Part shown: positions 19,243-27,653 of the stretch, in pieces
Layout of the letters: each line of letters begins with the position of its first letter
How positions within the stretch are numbered: the stretch's first letter is position 1
From: Gemmatimonadota bacterium
GTDB lineage: Bacteria > Gemmatimonadota > Gemmatimonadetes > Gemmatimonadales > Gemmatimonadaceae
Direction: 5' to 3'
NCBI GenBank assembly: GCA_031127095.1
Contig: JARIEX010000002.1
Span: 3,346 to 67,345, forward strand
DNA length: 64,000 bases
The notes under the pieces: generated by a model
What the model was told of the DNA's origin: nothing
Database searches by the model: none
What the model saw: the letters and a program-made list of their open reading frames with translations, nothing else
Program-made: the position numbers and the translations under genes

Positions 19243-20787
19243 TTACGCTTTCGCCGGCGGGGCAGGGCGGGGGAACACCCCCTCGCCCTTCTGCACGCGC
19301 CAGCCGGCCGGATCGAGCGCATGCAGCGCGGTGATGCGCTGTTCGCCCGCCGTGCCCGGGGCGCCCAGCTGGGCCCACACGGCTTCCACCTTCGTGGGCA
19401 TGAACGGCGCCAGTAGCACCGTCTGCCGCGCGATGCGGCGGATCAGCGACGCCAGAATCTGCGCCAGCTCAGCCTGACGCGCCGGGTCCTTCGCCACCGC
19501 CCACGGCGTCGTCGCGGCCGTGTACTCGTTGGCGCGCGCCGTCATGCGCGCCACGGCCGCGAGCCCCTCGTGCAGCAGCCACCCGCGTGAGCCGTCCATG
19601 CCGGCATGGTACGCCGCGAGGTCGGCGTCGTCGTCCAGCTCCGCCTCGGGGCGCGCTGCCGCCGGCACTTCGCCGTCGAAGTACTTCTCCACCATCGCGA
19701 TCGCGCGGCTGGCCAGATTGCCGAACGCGTTCGCGAGATCGCTGGTGTAGCGCTCCTCGAACCGCTCCCACGAGAAATTGCCGTCGCTGTCGAACGGCAC
19801 TTCGCGCAGCAGCACATAGCGGAACGCGTCGGCGCCGTAGCGGTCGATGGCTTCGCCCAGGTCGAGCTTCACGCCCGCGCTCTTGGAGAACCGCTCGCCG
19901 CCCAGCTGCACGAACCCGTGGGCCCACACCTGTTTCGGCAGCGGCAGCCCGGCGGCTTCCAGCATCGCCGGCCAGATCACCACGTGGAAGCGCGTGATGT
20001 CCTTGCCGATGATGTGCAGGTCGGCCGGCCAGCGCGCCTCGTATCCGGCATCGGGGAACCCCGTGGCCGTGAGGTAGTTGGGGAGCGCGTCGAACCACAC
20101 GTACGTGCCCTGCGTTTCGCCGTTCGACAGCGCGAGCGGAAACGGCACCGCCCAGTCCAGGCGCGCGCGCGACGCCGAAATGTCCTCGAGTCCCTGCGCG
20201 AGCAGGCCGAGCATCTCGTTCCGGCGGCTCTCCGGCTCGATGAACGACGGATTCGTGGTCAGCAGGTTCTGCAGGAATCCCTGGTACTTCGACAGGCGGA
20301 AAAACCAGTTGCGCTCTTCGACTTCCTCGAGCGTGCGCGTGGCGTGCAGCACGCACTTGCCATCCACGATGTCGGCGTCCTGCTTGAACGCCTCGCACCC
20401 TACGCAGTACAAACCGGTGTACGAGCGCTCGTAAAAATCATCCGGGTTCCGCTCGGCGATCATCCGGATCAACGCCTGCACACCGGCTTTGTGGTGCGGC
20501 TCGGTGGTGCGGATGAACTGATCGTACGAAATGCCGAGGCGGGCCCAGATCGCCTGAAAGCGCTCGGCGATGGCATCGGTGAACGCCTGCGGTGCCACAC
20601 CATCCTTGGCGGCCGTCTGCTGCACCTTCTGCCCGTGTTCGTCCATGCCGATCAGCAGGTGCACGTCGTCGCCGCACAGGCGACGGTAGCGCGCGATCAC
20701 ATCGGCGCCGATCTTCTCGAGGGCGTGCCCCAGGTGCGGATCGCCATTCGCGTAATCGATGGCGGTAGTCAGGTAGAATCGCGGCAC
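19243..20787 (-). CDS. metG: Methionyl-tRNA synthetase (short form, no C-terminal tRNA-binding domain)
   Basis: FYLTTAIDYANGDPHLGH, GMDEHGQK, YVWFDAL, IGKDITRFH, RFSKS; GTG start 20787. Confidence 0.96.
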   Translation of the reverse strand: MPRFYLTTAIDYANGDPHLGHALEKIGADVIARYRRLCGDDVHLLIGMDEHGQKVQQTAAKDGVAPQAFTDAIAERFQAIWARLGISYDQFIRTTEPHHKAGVQALIRMIAERNPDDFYERSYTGLYCVGCEAFKQDADIVDGKCVLHATRTLEEVEERNWFFRLSKYQGFLQNLLTTNPSFIEPESRRNEMLGLLAQGLEDISASRARLDWAVPFPLALSNGETQGTYVWFDALPNYLTATGFPDAGYEARWPADLHIIGKDITRFHVVIWPAMLEAAGLPLPKQVWAHGFVQLGGERFSKSAGVKLDLGEAIDRYGADAFRYVLLREVPFDSDGNFSWERFEERYTSDLANAFGNLASRAIAMVEKYFDGEVPAAARPEAELDDDADLAAYHAGMDGSRGWLLHEGLAAVARMTARANEYTAATTPWAVAKDPARQAELAQILASLIRRIARQTVLLAPFMPTKVEAVWAQLGAPGTAGEQRITALHALDPAGWRVQKGEGVFPRPAPPAKA

Positions 20788-20794
20788 GTCGTGC

Positions 20795-22027
20795 TTACTC
20801 CTCGGTGTCATCGCTGTCGTCGTCCTCGCCATCACCCGACGGCGCGGTCCCTGTCGGGTCCGTCTGGCGGCGCTCTTCGGCTGCACGGAGGCGGCGACCG
20901 CCACGACGTCCGCGACGACGCTTCCGACGCGTGGCCTCGGCGGCGCTTTCGGCGGCCGTTTCTGTGACGCCGATATCGATCGACGGCTCGGCGGTGACCG
21001 GCGCCACGGTCGCCGGCGTTACGGCACCCGGCGTTACGGCACCCGGCGCGATCTCCATCAACGTCGCAATCTCGATTTCAACCGTGTCGAGCATGGCGCG
21101 CACGGCGGGATCGGCATGCGCGTCGGCGTGATCGTCGACAGTCGATGCGCGCAGGTCGTCCGTCACGGTATCCGCAATCGGCTCGGTCGGCTGGTCCAGT
21201 CCGTCCACTTCACGACGGAGCTCGGCCAGCGTGATCACGCGGCTGTCTCCCTCTGCCGTGCGCAGGGTCACGCGTTCGTTGAAGATGTCACACGAAATCA
21301 CCTTTTCTTCGCCGAGTGACGTGGTGAGAATCTTCCCTTCCTTCGGGAATTTCCGGCGGCTCAGCACGTAGAACTCGTGCTCGTAGCGCAGGCAGCACAT
21401 CAACCGGCCGCAAGCGCCAGAAATCTGCTGCGGATTGAGCGACAGCTTCTGATCTTTGGCAACGCCGAGATTGACCGGGCGCAGATCGGGAAGCCACGAC
21501 GCCGAGCAGTACTCGCGGCCGCAGCGTCCCACCCCGGAGAGGCGCTTGGCCTCGTCGCGCACGCCGATCTGTTTGAGTTCGATCCGGGTACGGAATTGCG
21601 CCGCCAGATCGCGCACGAGGCCGCGGAAATCCACGCGGCGCTCGGCGGTGAAAAAAAGCGTCAGCTTGCGGCGATCCCACTGCCACTCCGCGTCGGTCAG
21701 CTTCATGACCAGCCCGTTGGCCTTGACCCGCTCCATCGACGTGCGGCGCGCGGCTTCATTCTCCGCGGTGAGTTCGCGGTCGAACTGCTCGTCGGCCTTC
21801 GTGGCCAGCCGCAGTGCCACCCGCGGCGGAGGCGTCGTCCCGCAGCCGTGGGCGCAGCCATTACAGCGCACCTCGGCCAATTCGCCGGTCGAGTGCACAC
21901 GACCGAAGTCCTCACCACGGTCAGCCTCGACGATCACCCCCGCCTTGAGTGGGGGTGCCGTCTCGCCTGTCCAGGTGAAGAATTCCTTGCGGTTGCCGCG
22001 GAACGCGACTTCGATCAGATGCGCCAC
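20795..22027 (-). CDS. ricT: PSP1/RicT (YaaT) Fe-S regulatory protein with disordered C-terminal tail
   Basis: FFTAERRVDFR, RIELKQIGVRDEAK, GRCGREYC, ISGACGRLMCCLRYE; upstream of metG. Confidence 0.88.
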   Translation of the reverse strand: MAHLIEVAFRGNRKEFFTWTGETAPPLKAGVIVEADRGEDFGRVHSTGELAEVRCNGCAHGCGTTPPPRVALRLATKADEQFDRELTAENEAARRTSMERVKANGLVMKLTDAEWQWDRRKLTLFFTAERRVDFRGLVRDLAAQFRTRIELKQIGVRDEAKRLSGVGRCGREYCSASWLPDLRPVNLGVAKDQKLSLNPQQISGACGRLMCCLRYEHEFYVLSRRKFPKEGKILTTSLGEEKVISCDIFNERVTLRTAEGDSRVITLAELRREVDGLDQPTEPIADTVTDDLRASTVDDHADAHADPAVRAMLDTVEIEIATLMEIAPGAVTPGAVTPATVAPVTAEPSIDIGVTETAAESAAEATRRKRRRGRRGGRRLRAAEERRQTDPTGTAPSGDGEDDDSDDTEE

Positions 22028-22037
22028 GGCGTGAAAG

Positions 22038-23006
22038 CTACTCGGTGAACTGTCCCATGCGCAGGAACTTCTCGCGCCGGCGCCGGACGAGTTTGTCAGG
22101 CTTGAGCCGCCGCAACTCCTCGAGGTTCCGCACGAGCGTGTCGCGCAGGGTGTTCGCCGTGGTCACGTGGTCCGCGTGTGCGCCACCCACGGGCTCCGGG
22201 ATGATCTCGTCGATCACGCGCAACTCGATCAGATCCGGTGCCGTCAGCCGGAGGGCCTTCGCCGCCTTTTCCCGCATCTCGGGGCTCTTCCCGTCCTTCC
22301 AGAGAATGGCCGCGCACCCTTCCACGGAAATCGTGGAATACACGGAGTTCTCGAACATCAGGACCCGGTCGGCCACACCGAGCGCGAGCGCACCGCCCGA
22401 TCCACCTTCGCCGATGACCGTGGCGATGATGGGCACCTGCAGATTGCTCATCTCGAGCAGGTTGCGGGCGATCGCTTCGCTCTGGCCGCGCTCTTCGGCG
22501 CCCAGCCCCGGCCAAGCGCCGGGCGTGTCGATGAAGGTGATCACCGGGACCTGGAATTTCTCGGCCAGCTTCATCAGGCGCAGCGCCTTCCGGTATCCCT
22601 CCGGGTGCGGCATGCCGAAGTTGCGGCGCAGATTCTCCTTGGTGTCACGGCCGCGTTCGTGCCCGATCAGCATCACCGTCTCCCCCTCCAGCCGCGCCCA
22701 GCCGGCCAGGATCGCCGCATCTTCGCGGAACAGACGGTCGCCGTGGAGTTCGATGAAATCCGTGAAGGCGAGCCGGAGGTAATCGGAGGTGAACGGACGC
22801 CGCGCGATGCGCGCCACCTGGACCCGCTGGAGCGGGCTCAGTTTCTGGTAGATCTCGACCCGCAGCTCACTCAACCGACGTTGCAGCGGTTCCAGCTCTT
22901 GCGTCACGTCGAGGGACTGTTCCGACGCGAGTCGCTTCAGCTCCTCGATCTGTTTTTCGAGCTCCGCCAGAGGACGCTCGAACTCGAGAACCGGGGCAGC
23001 AGCCAT
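22038..23006 (-). CDS. accA: Acetyl-CoA carboxylase carboxyltransferase alpha subunit
   Basis: ELHGDR, NFGMPHPEGYRKALR, DTPGAWPG, GEGGSGGAL; follows dnaE. Confidence 0.97.
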   Translation of the reverse strand: MAAAPVLEFERPLAELEKQIEELKRLASEQSLDVTQELEPLQRRLSELRVEIYQKLSPLQRVQVARIARRPFTSDYLRLAFTDFIELHGDRLFREDAAILAGWARLEGETVMLIGHERGRDTKENLRRNFGMPHPEGYRKALRLMKLAEKFQVPVITFIDTPGAWPGLGAEERGQSEAIARNLLEMSNLQVPIIATVIGEGGSGGALALGVADRVLMFENSVYSTISVEGCAAILWKDGKSPEMREKAAKALRLTAPDLIELRVIDEIIPEPVGGAHADHVTTANTLRDTLVRNLEELRRLKPDKLVRRRREKFLRMGQFTE

Positions 23007-23036
23007 GACAATCCTGGAAAAAGGACGCGACGCCCG

Positions 23037-26000
23037 TCAGCTGCCGGCGCGCACGAGGCGCACACGATCAGCGCCGAGAAGCGCGCGAAGATCGGACAGA
23101 ATGGCGGGCGATGCGGCCACGGTGAGCGATCGGGACCGGAAGCGGACCAGCCTCCCGGATTCGTCACTCCACCGGACCTCGAGCGGCGCCGAGCCCTCAT
23201 GGGACTCGACCGTCGCCCGCACATCGTCCATCACCCCGGGGGCAAGATCGAGCCCCCGGCTCAGGTCGATCGCGACCGCCAGTTCACCGTTGGCCCGCAC
23301 TTCTGCAAAGCGCGTAACCGTGTCCACGATGAATGTCGCGCTCTCGACGCCCTGATCTTTCCGTGAATAACCGCCCTTGAGAAGCAGCGGCACATCGGGC
23401 CGGACACGTTCGGCGATCACCGCCCACGCCTCCGGAAACACCAGCACTTCGGAAGATCCGGAAAAATCCTCCACTGTCAACCGGGCGAACTCTGCCCCTG
23501 ACCGTTTCGAAATCTGCTTCTTGATGGCCGTGACCACCACACCGATCGTCACCGCCTCGCTGGTCCACGTGCCCAGCGCCGACACGGTGCTGCTGGCGAA
23601 CAGTTCGCACTCTGTTCGGTACGGCTCGAGCGGATGACCGGAAATGTAGAAGCCCAGCAATTCCTTTTCGCGCTGGAGCCGCTCGCTTTCGCTCCACACC
23701 GGTACGGACGGCAGTGGTGGCGGCGGCGCGGAGCCGGAGGGGGACATCTCGTCCGCCTCGCTGCCCAGCAGGTCGCCGAACAGTGATACCTGTCCCTTGG
23801 CCGCCTCTTCCTGACGCAACGACGCTTCGTTGATCGCGTGATCGAGCGCGGCCAGCAGCTGCGCCCGGTGCCCGCCCAGGCTGTCGCAGGCCCCGGCGGC
23901 GATCAGCGCTTCGAACACCCGCTTGTTGCACACGCGCAGGTCCACGCGCGAGCACACATCGTACAGCGACGCGAAGGTCCCATCCACGCGCGCCGCGATC
24001 AGCGAATCGATCGCGCCGCGCCCCACGTTGCGGATCGCGCCCAGTCCAAAGCGCACGCGCTTGTCCCCCACCACCGTGAAGCGCCACCCCGATTCGTTCA
24101 CGTCGGGCGCGAGCACCTCGATCTGCATTTCGCGCGCTTCGGCGATGTACTTGATGACTTCTTCGGTTTTCCCGATGTTCGACGACAGCAGCGCGGCCAT
24201 GAACTCGGCCGGATGGTGCGCCTTCAGGAAGGCCGTGTGGTACGCGACGACGGAGTAGGCGACAGAATGTGACTTGTTAAATCCATAACGCCCGAACGTC
24301 TCGATCTGCCCCGACAGTTCGTCGATGATCTTGGGGTCGTATCCCTTCGCGACCGCCTTCGTCACGAACTTGCCGAGCTCCTTCTTGATCAGCTCCGCGT
24401 CCTTCTTGCCCACGGCCTTTCGCAGCACGTCCGCTTCGGCCAGCGAGATCCCCGCCAGCACCTGCGCCAGACGCATCACCTGTTCCTGATAGGTGATCAC
24501 GCCGTACGTGTTCGAGAGAATCGGCTCCAGCTCGGGGAGCGCGTACACGGTGGGCTCTTCGCCGCGCTTCCGCTTGATGTACACGTTGTGCATGCCCGCG
24601 TCGAGCGGACCCGGACGCAGCAGCGCGTTGGACGCGACCAAGTCATCGAACCGGTCGCAGCGCATGCGCTTGAGCACGTCGGTCGCGAGCGGCGATTCGA
24701 ACTGGAACACGCCACCGGTGCGGCCGGCGCGCAGCAGCTGATACGTCTTCTCGTCGGTGAAGCCGCGCTCCTCGAGCACGACCTCGACCCCGCTCCGCTG
24801 CTTGATGCTGGCCAGCGTGTCGCTGATCACCGTCAGCGTGGTGAGACCGAGGAAGTCCATCTTGAGCATGCCGGCTTTTTCCAGCGCGTTCATGTCGTAC
24901 TGTGTCACGATCACGCGCTCGTCGTCGCCGCCACCGCCCGCCCCTTTCGAGGCCTGCGTGCAGATCGGCACGAACTCATCCAGCGGGCCCGGCGCGATCA
25001 CCACGCCGGCGGCATGTACACCCGTGTGACGCGACAACCCTTCCAGCGAAATCGCGAAATCCAGCAGTTGCTTGTAGCGCGGCTCGTTCTGATAGAACGC
25101 CTTCACTTCCGGCACCTGCTCGATCGCTTCCTTGACCGTCAGCGAGAAGTTCGGCGCGTTCGGAATCAGCTTCGCCAGCGCGTCGGTTTCCCCCGGCGTG
25201 AAACCCAGCGTGCGCCCCACGTCTTTCACGGCGGCGCGCGACTTCATCGTGCCGAAGGTCACGATCTGCCCGACCGACTCCTTCCCGTACTTCTGCCGCA
25301 CGTACTCGATCACTTCCCCGCGTCGCTCGAAGCAGAAGTCGACGTCCACGTCGGGCATCGAGACGCGTTCGGGATTCAGGAAGCGCTCGAAGAGCAGGTC
25401 GAACTCGAGCGGGCACACGTCGGTGATGCGCGTGGCGTACGCCACCAGCGATCCCGCCGCCGACCCGCGCCCCGGTCCCACCGGAATGCCACGGTCGCGC
25501 GCCGCCTTGATGAAGTCGGCGGTGATCAGGAAGTAGCCGGCGTAGCCGGTCTTCGTGATCACCCCCAGCTCATAGTCCAGCCGCTCCTGCACGTTGGCGG
25601 GCAGCGGGTCACCGTAGCGCACCTTCGCGCCTTCAGTGGACAGCCGCACGAGATACTCGTTCTCGGTCTCCACGCCGGGCGGGAGCGGGAACGACGGCAC
25701 GTAGTACTGCTTCGCGAACTGCACGTCCACCGAATCGGCGATGGCCAGCGTGTTCGTGAGTACGTCCTCGCGTCCGGGGAAGAACGGACGGATCTCCGTG
25801 GCCGGCTTGAAGTACAATCCGTCGTCGTACTTCATGCGGTCGCGGTCGTTGCGATCCTTGCCCAGCCCGATGCACAGCAGCACGTCGTGCGCGTCGTGAT
25901 CCTCGTGCTTGAGGAAGTGCGCGTCGTTCGTGGCGATCACCGGCAAGCCCAGCTCGTCGCCCAGCGAGAGGATCTTGGCGTTGAGCGTAGCCTGCCCCTC

Positions 26001-26540
26001 GCTGGTGTGCGCCTGCACCTCGAGGTAGTACCGGTCCTTGAACAGCTCGGCGTACCACGCGGCGGCCTCACGCGCGGCATCCATGCGGTTCTCCATCAGG
26101 TGCCCGGCCACCTCGCCGGCCAGACACGCCGACGACACGATCAGCCCCTCGGAGTACTTGGCCAGCAGCTCGCGGTCGATCCGCGGCTTCGTGTAGAAGC
26201 CTTCGGTGTAGGCCAGCGAGGACAACTTGACCAGATTTTTGTAGCCCACGAGGTCGCGGGCCAGCAGCACCAGGTGGTAGTACGGCTTCTGTCCCGGGGC
26301 GGGACGCCCCCGCGTGCGCCGGTCGCCTGGCGCCACGTAGGCTTCCATCCCCATGATGGGCTTCACGCCCGCCTTGCGTGCCTTCTCCTGGAAATCCCAG
26401 GCAGCATGCATGTTACCGTGATCCGTGATCGCCAGCCCCGGCATTTCGTAATGCTGGGCGCGCTTGATCAGATCATCGATACGATTCGCGCCGTCGAGGA
26501 GCGAATACTCGGAGTGGCAGTGCAGATGAACGAACGACAT
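23037..26540 (-). CDS. dnaE: DNA polymerase III alpha subunit
   Basis: PHP HLHCHSEYSLLDG, GPGRGSAAGS, FERFLNPERVSMPDVDVDF, KMDFLGL, YGFNKSHS, C-terminal OB fold; start ATG 26540. Confidence 0.98.
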   Translation of the reverse strand: MSFVHLHCHSEYSLLDGANRIDDLIKRAQHYEMPGLAITDHGNMHAAWDFQEKARKAGVKPIMGMEAYVAPGDRRTRGRPAPGQKPYYHLVLLARDLVGYKNLVKLSSLAYTEGFYTKPRIDRELLAKYSEGLIVSSACLAGEVAGHLMENRMDAAREAAAWYAELFKDRYYLEVQAHTSEGQATLNAKILSLGDELGLPVIATNDAHFLKHEDHDAHDVLLCIGLGKDRNDRDRMKYDDGLYFKPATEIRPFFPGREDVLTNTLAIADSVDVQFAKQYYVPSFPLPPGVETENEYLVRLSTEGAKVRYGDPLPANVQERLDYELGVITKTGYAGYFLITADFIKAARDRGIPVGPGRGSAAGSLVAYATRITDVCPLEFDLLFERFLNPERVSMPDVDVDFCFERRGEVIEYVRQKYGKESVGQIVTFGTMKSRAAVKDVGRTLGFTPGETDALAKLIPNAPNFSLTVKEAIEQVPEVKAFYQNEPRYKQLLDFAISLEGLSRHTGVHAAGVVIAPGPLDEFVPICTQASKGAGGGGDDERVIVTQYDMNALEKAGMLKMDFLGLTTLTVISDTLASIKQRSGVEVVLEERGFTDEKTYQLLRAGRTGGVFQFESPLATDVLKRMRCDRFDDLVASNALLRPGPLDAGMHNVYIKRKRGEEPTVYALPELEPILSNTYGVITYQEQVMRLAQVLAGISLAEADVLRKAVGKKDAELIKKELGKFVTKAVAKGYDPKIIDELSGQIETFGRYGFNKSHSVAYSVVAYHTAFLKAHHPAEFMAALLSSNIGKTEEVIKYIAEAREMQIEVLAPDVNESGWRFTVVGDKRVRFGLGAIRNVGRGAIDSLIAARVDGTFASLYDVCSRVDLRVCNKRVFEALIAAGACDSLGGHRAQLLAALDHAINEASLRQEEAAKGQVSLFGDLLGSEADEMSPSGSAPPPPLPSVPVWSESERLQREKELLGFYISGHPLEPYRTECELFASSTVSALGTWTSEAVTIGVVVTAIKKQISKRSGAEFARLTVEDFSGSSEVLVFPEAWAVIAERVRPDVPLLLKGGYSRKDQGVESATFIVDTVTRFAEVRANGELAVAIDLSRGLDLAPGVMDDVRATVESHEGSAPLEVRWSDESGRLVRFRSRSLTVAASPAILSDLRALLGADRVRLVRAGS

Positions 26541-26549
26541 GGACCGGGA

Positions 26550-27653
26550 ATGATAGTCCACCAGACCGAGCCGCGACACGGGATTGACTTCAGGCGACCG
26601 CGCACCTGGCGCGCCGTCCGGCGCATCACGGGGGTCACCACCGCCGCGCTGGCCCTGCTGCTGGGCGTGTCCCCCATGGGATGCTACCTGTCGCGCGCCG
26701 CCTTCGAGGAGGCGCGCATCCTCACGCGTCGCCAGCCGATCGCGCGCCTCGTGGCCGACCCGGCCACCGAGCCCGCGCTGCGCGACAAGCTCGCCCTGGT
26801 CCAGGACGTCCGCCGGTTTGCCATCGATTCACTCCACCTCAAGGCTGGCAACAGCTTCACCGCGTACGCGGGACTCGACCGCGACACGCTGGTTCTCGTG
26901 GTGTCAGCCGCCTATCGCGACCGGCTGGAGCCCAAAACGTGGTGGTTTCCCGTGGTGGGACGGTTCCCGTACAAGGGCTTCTTCGATTTCCCCGGCGCCC
27001 TCCGCACCGCCGACGCGCTTCGGAGCGACGGCTTCGACGTCACCGTCGGCGCCTCGTCGGCGTTCAGCACCCTCGGCTGGTTCAACGACCCGCTGGTCAG
27101 CACCACGGTCAAGGCTGACTCCGTGGCGCTCGTCAACACGGTGATCCACGAACTCCTGCACAACACCTTCTTCGCGAAGGGGCAGGTGTCGTTCAACGAA
27201 TCATTCGCCAGCTTCGTGGGCGGGCGCGGGGCCGAACAGTTCTTCCGCGCCCGCGGAGACACGGCCTCGCTGCGCCGCGCCGAAGTGGAGTGGCAGGACG
27301 ACCGCCTCATGGGCGCCTTCTGGGAGCGCACCGCCACGGAGATCGACGGCGTGTTCAGCGCGCTCCCTGACTCCGCGAGTGCCGCGCGCATCGCCGCGCG
27401 CGACACGGTGTACGCGCGCGCACGGCAGCGGCTGGTGGACAGCGTGGGCCCGCAGCTGCGCACCTATCCCGACGGCTGGACCCGACGGGTGGCGCTCAAC
27501 AACGCCGTGTTGCTGTCACGGCGCGTGTACGCCGAGCGCCTCGATCACTTCGACTCGGTGTACGCCGCAGAAGGATACAATCTCCGGCGGGCCATTCAGC
27601 GCATCATCGCCCTTCAGGCAGCAGCACAAACCGCGCGCGATTCGTCTCGGTAA
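26550..27653 (+). CDS. Putative Zn aminopeptidase (Aminopep/DUF2265-like)
   Basis: WWFPVVGRFPYKGFF, AFSTLGWFNDP, HELLH...NESFA gluzincin motif, LNNA; start uncertain. Confidence 0.82.
   Translation: MIVHQTEPRHGIDFRRPRTWRAVRRITGVTTAALALLLGVSPMGCYLSRAAFEEARILTRRQPIARLVADPATEPALRDKLALVQDVRRFAIDSLHLKAGNSFTAYAGLDRDTLVLVVSAAYRDRLEPKTWWFPVVGRFPYKGFFDFPGALRTADALRSDGFDVTVGASSAFSTLGWFNDPLVSTTVKADSVALVNTVIHELLHNTFFAKGQVSFNESFASFVGGRGAEQFFRARGDTASLRRAEVEWQDDRLMGAFWERTATEIDGVFSALPDSASAARIAARDTVYARARQRLVDSVGPQLRTYPDGWTRRVALNNAVLLSRRVYAERLDHFDSVYAAEGYNLRRAIQRIIALQAAAQTARDSSR

Noticed and set aside
23037-26540. Intein or split dnaE
   Set aside because: Normal length, continuous motifs, no intein signatures
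24588-26549. N-terminal 654 aa of the 1021-aa plus-strand ORF
   Set aside because: Antisense to dnaE; only the part from about 26550 has aminopeptidase motifs, so it is not a fusion
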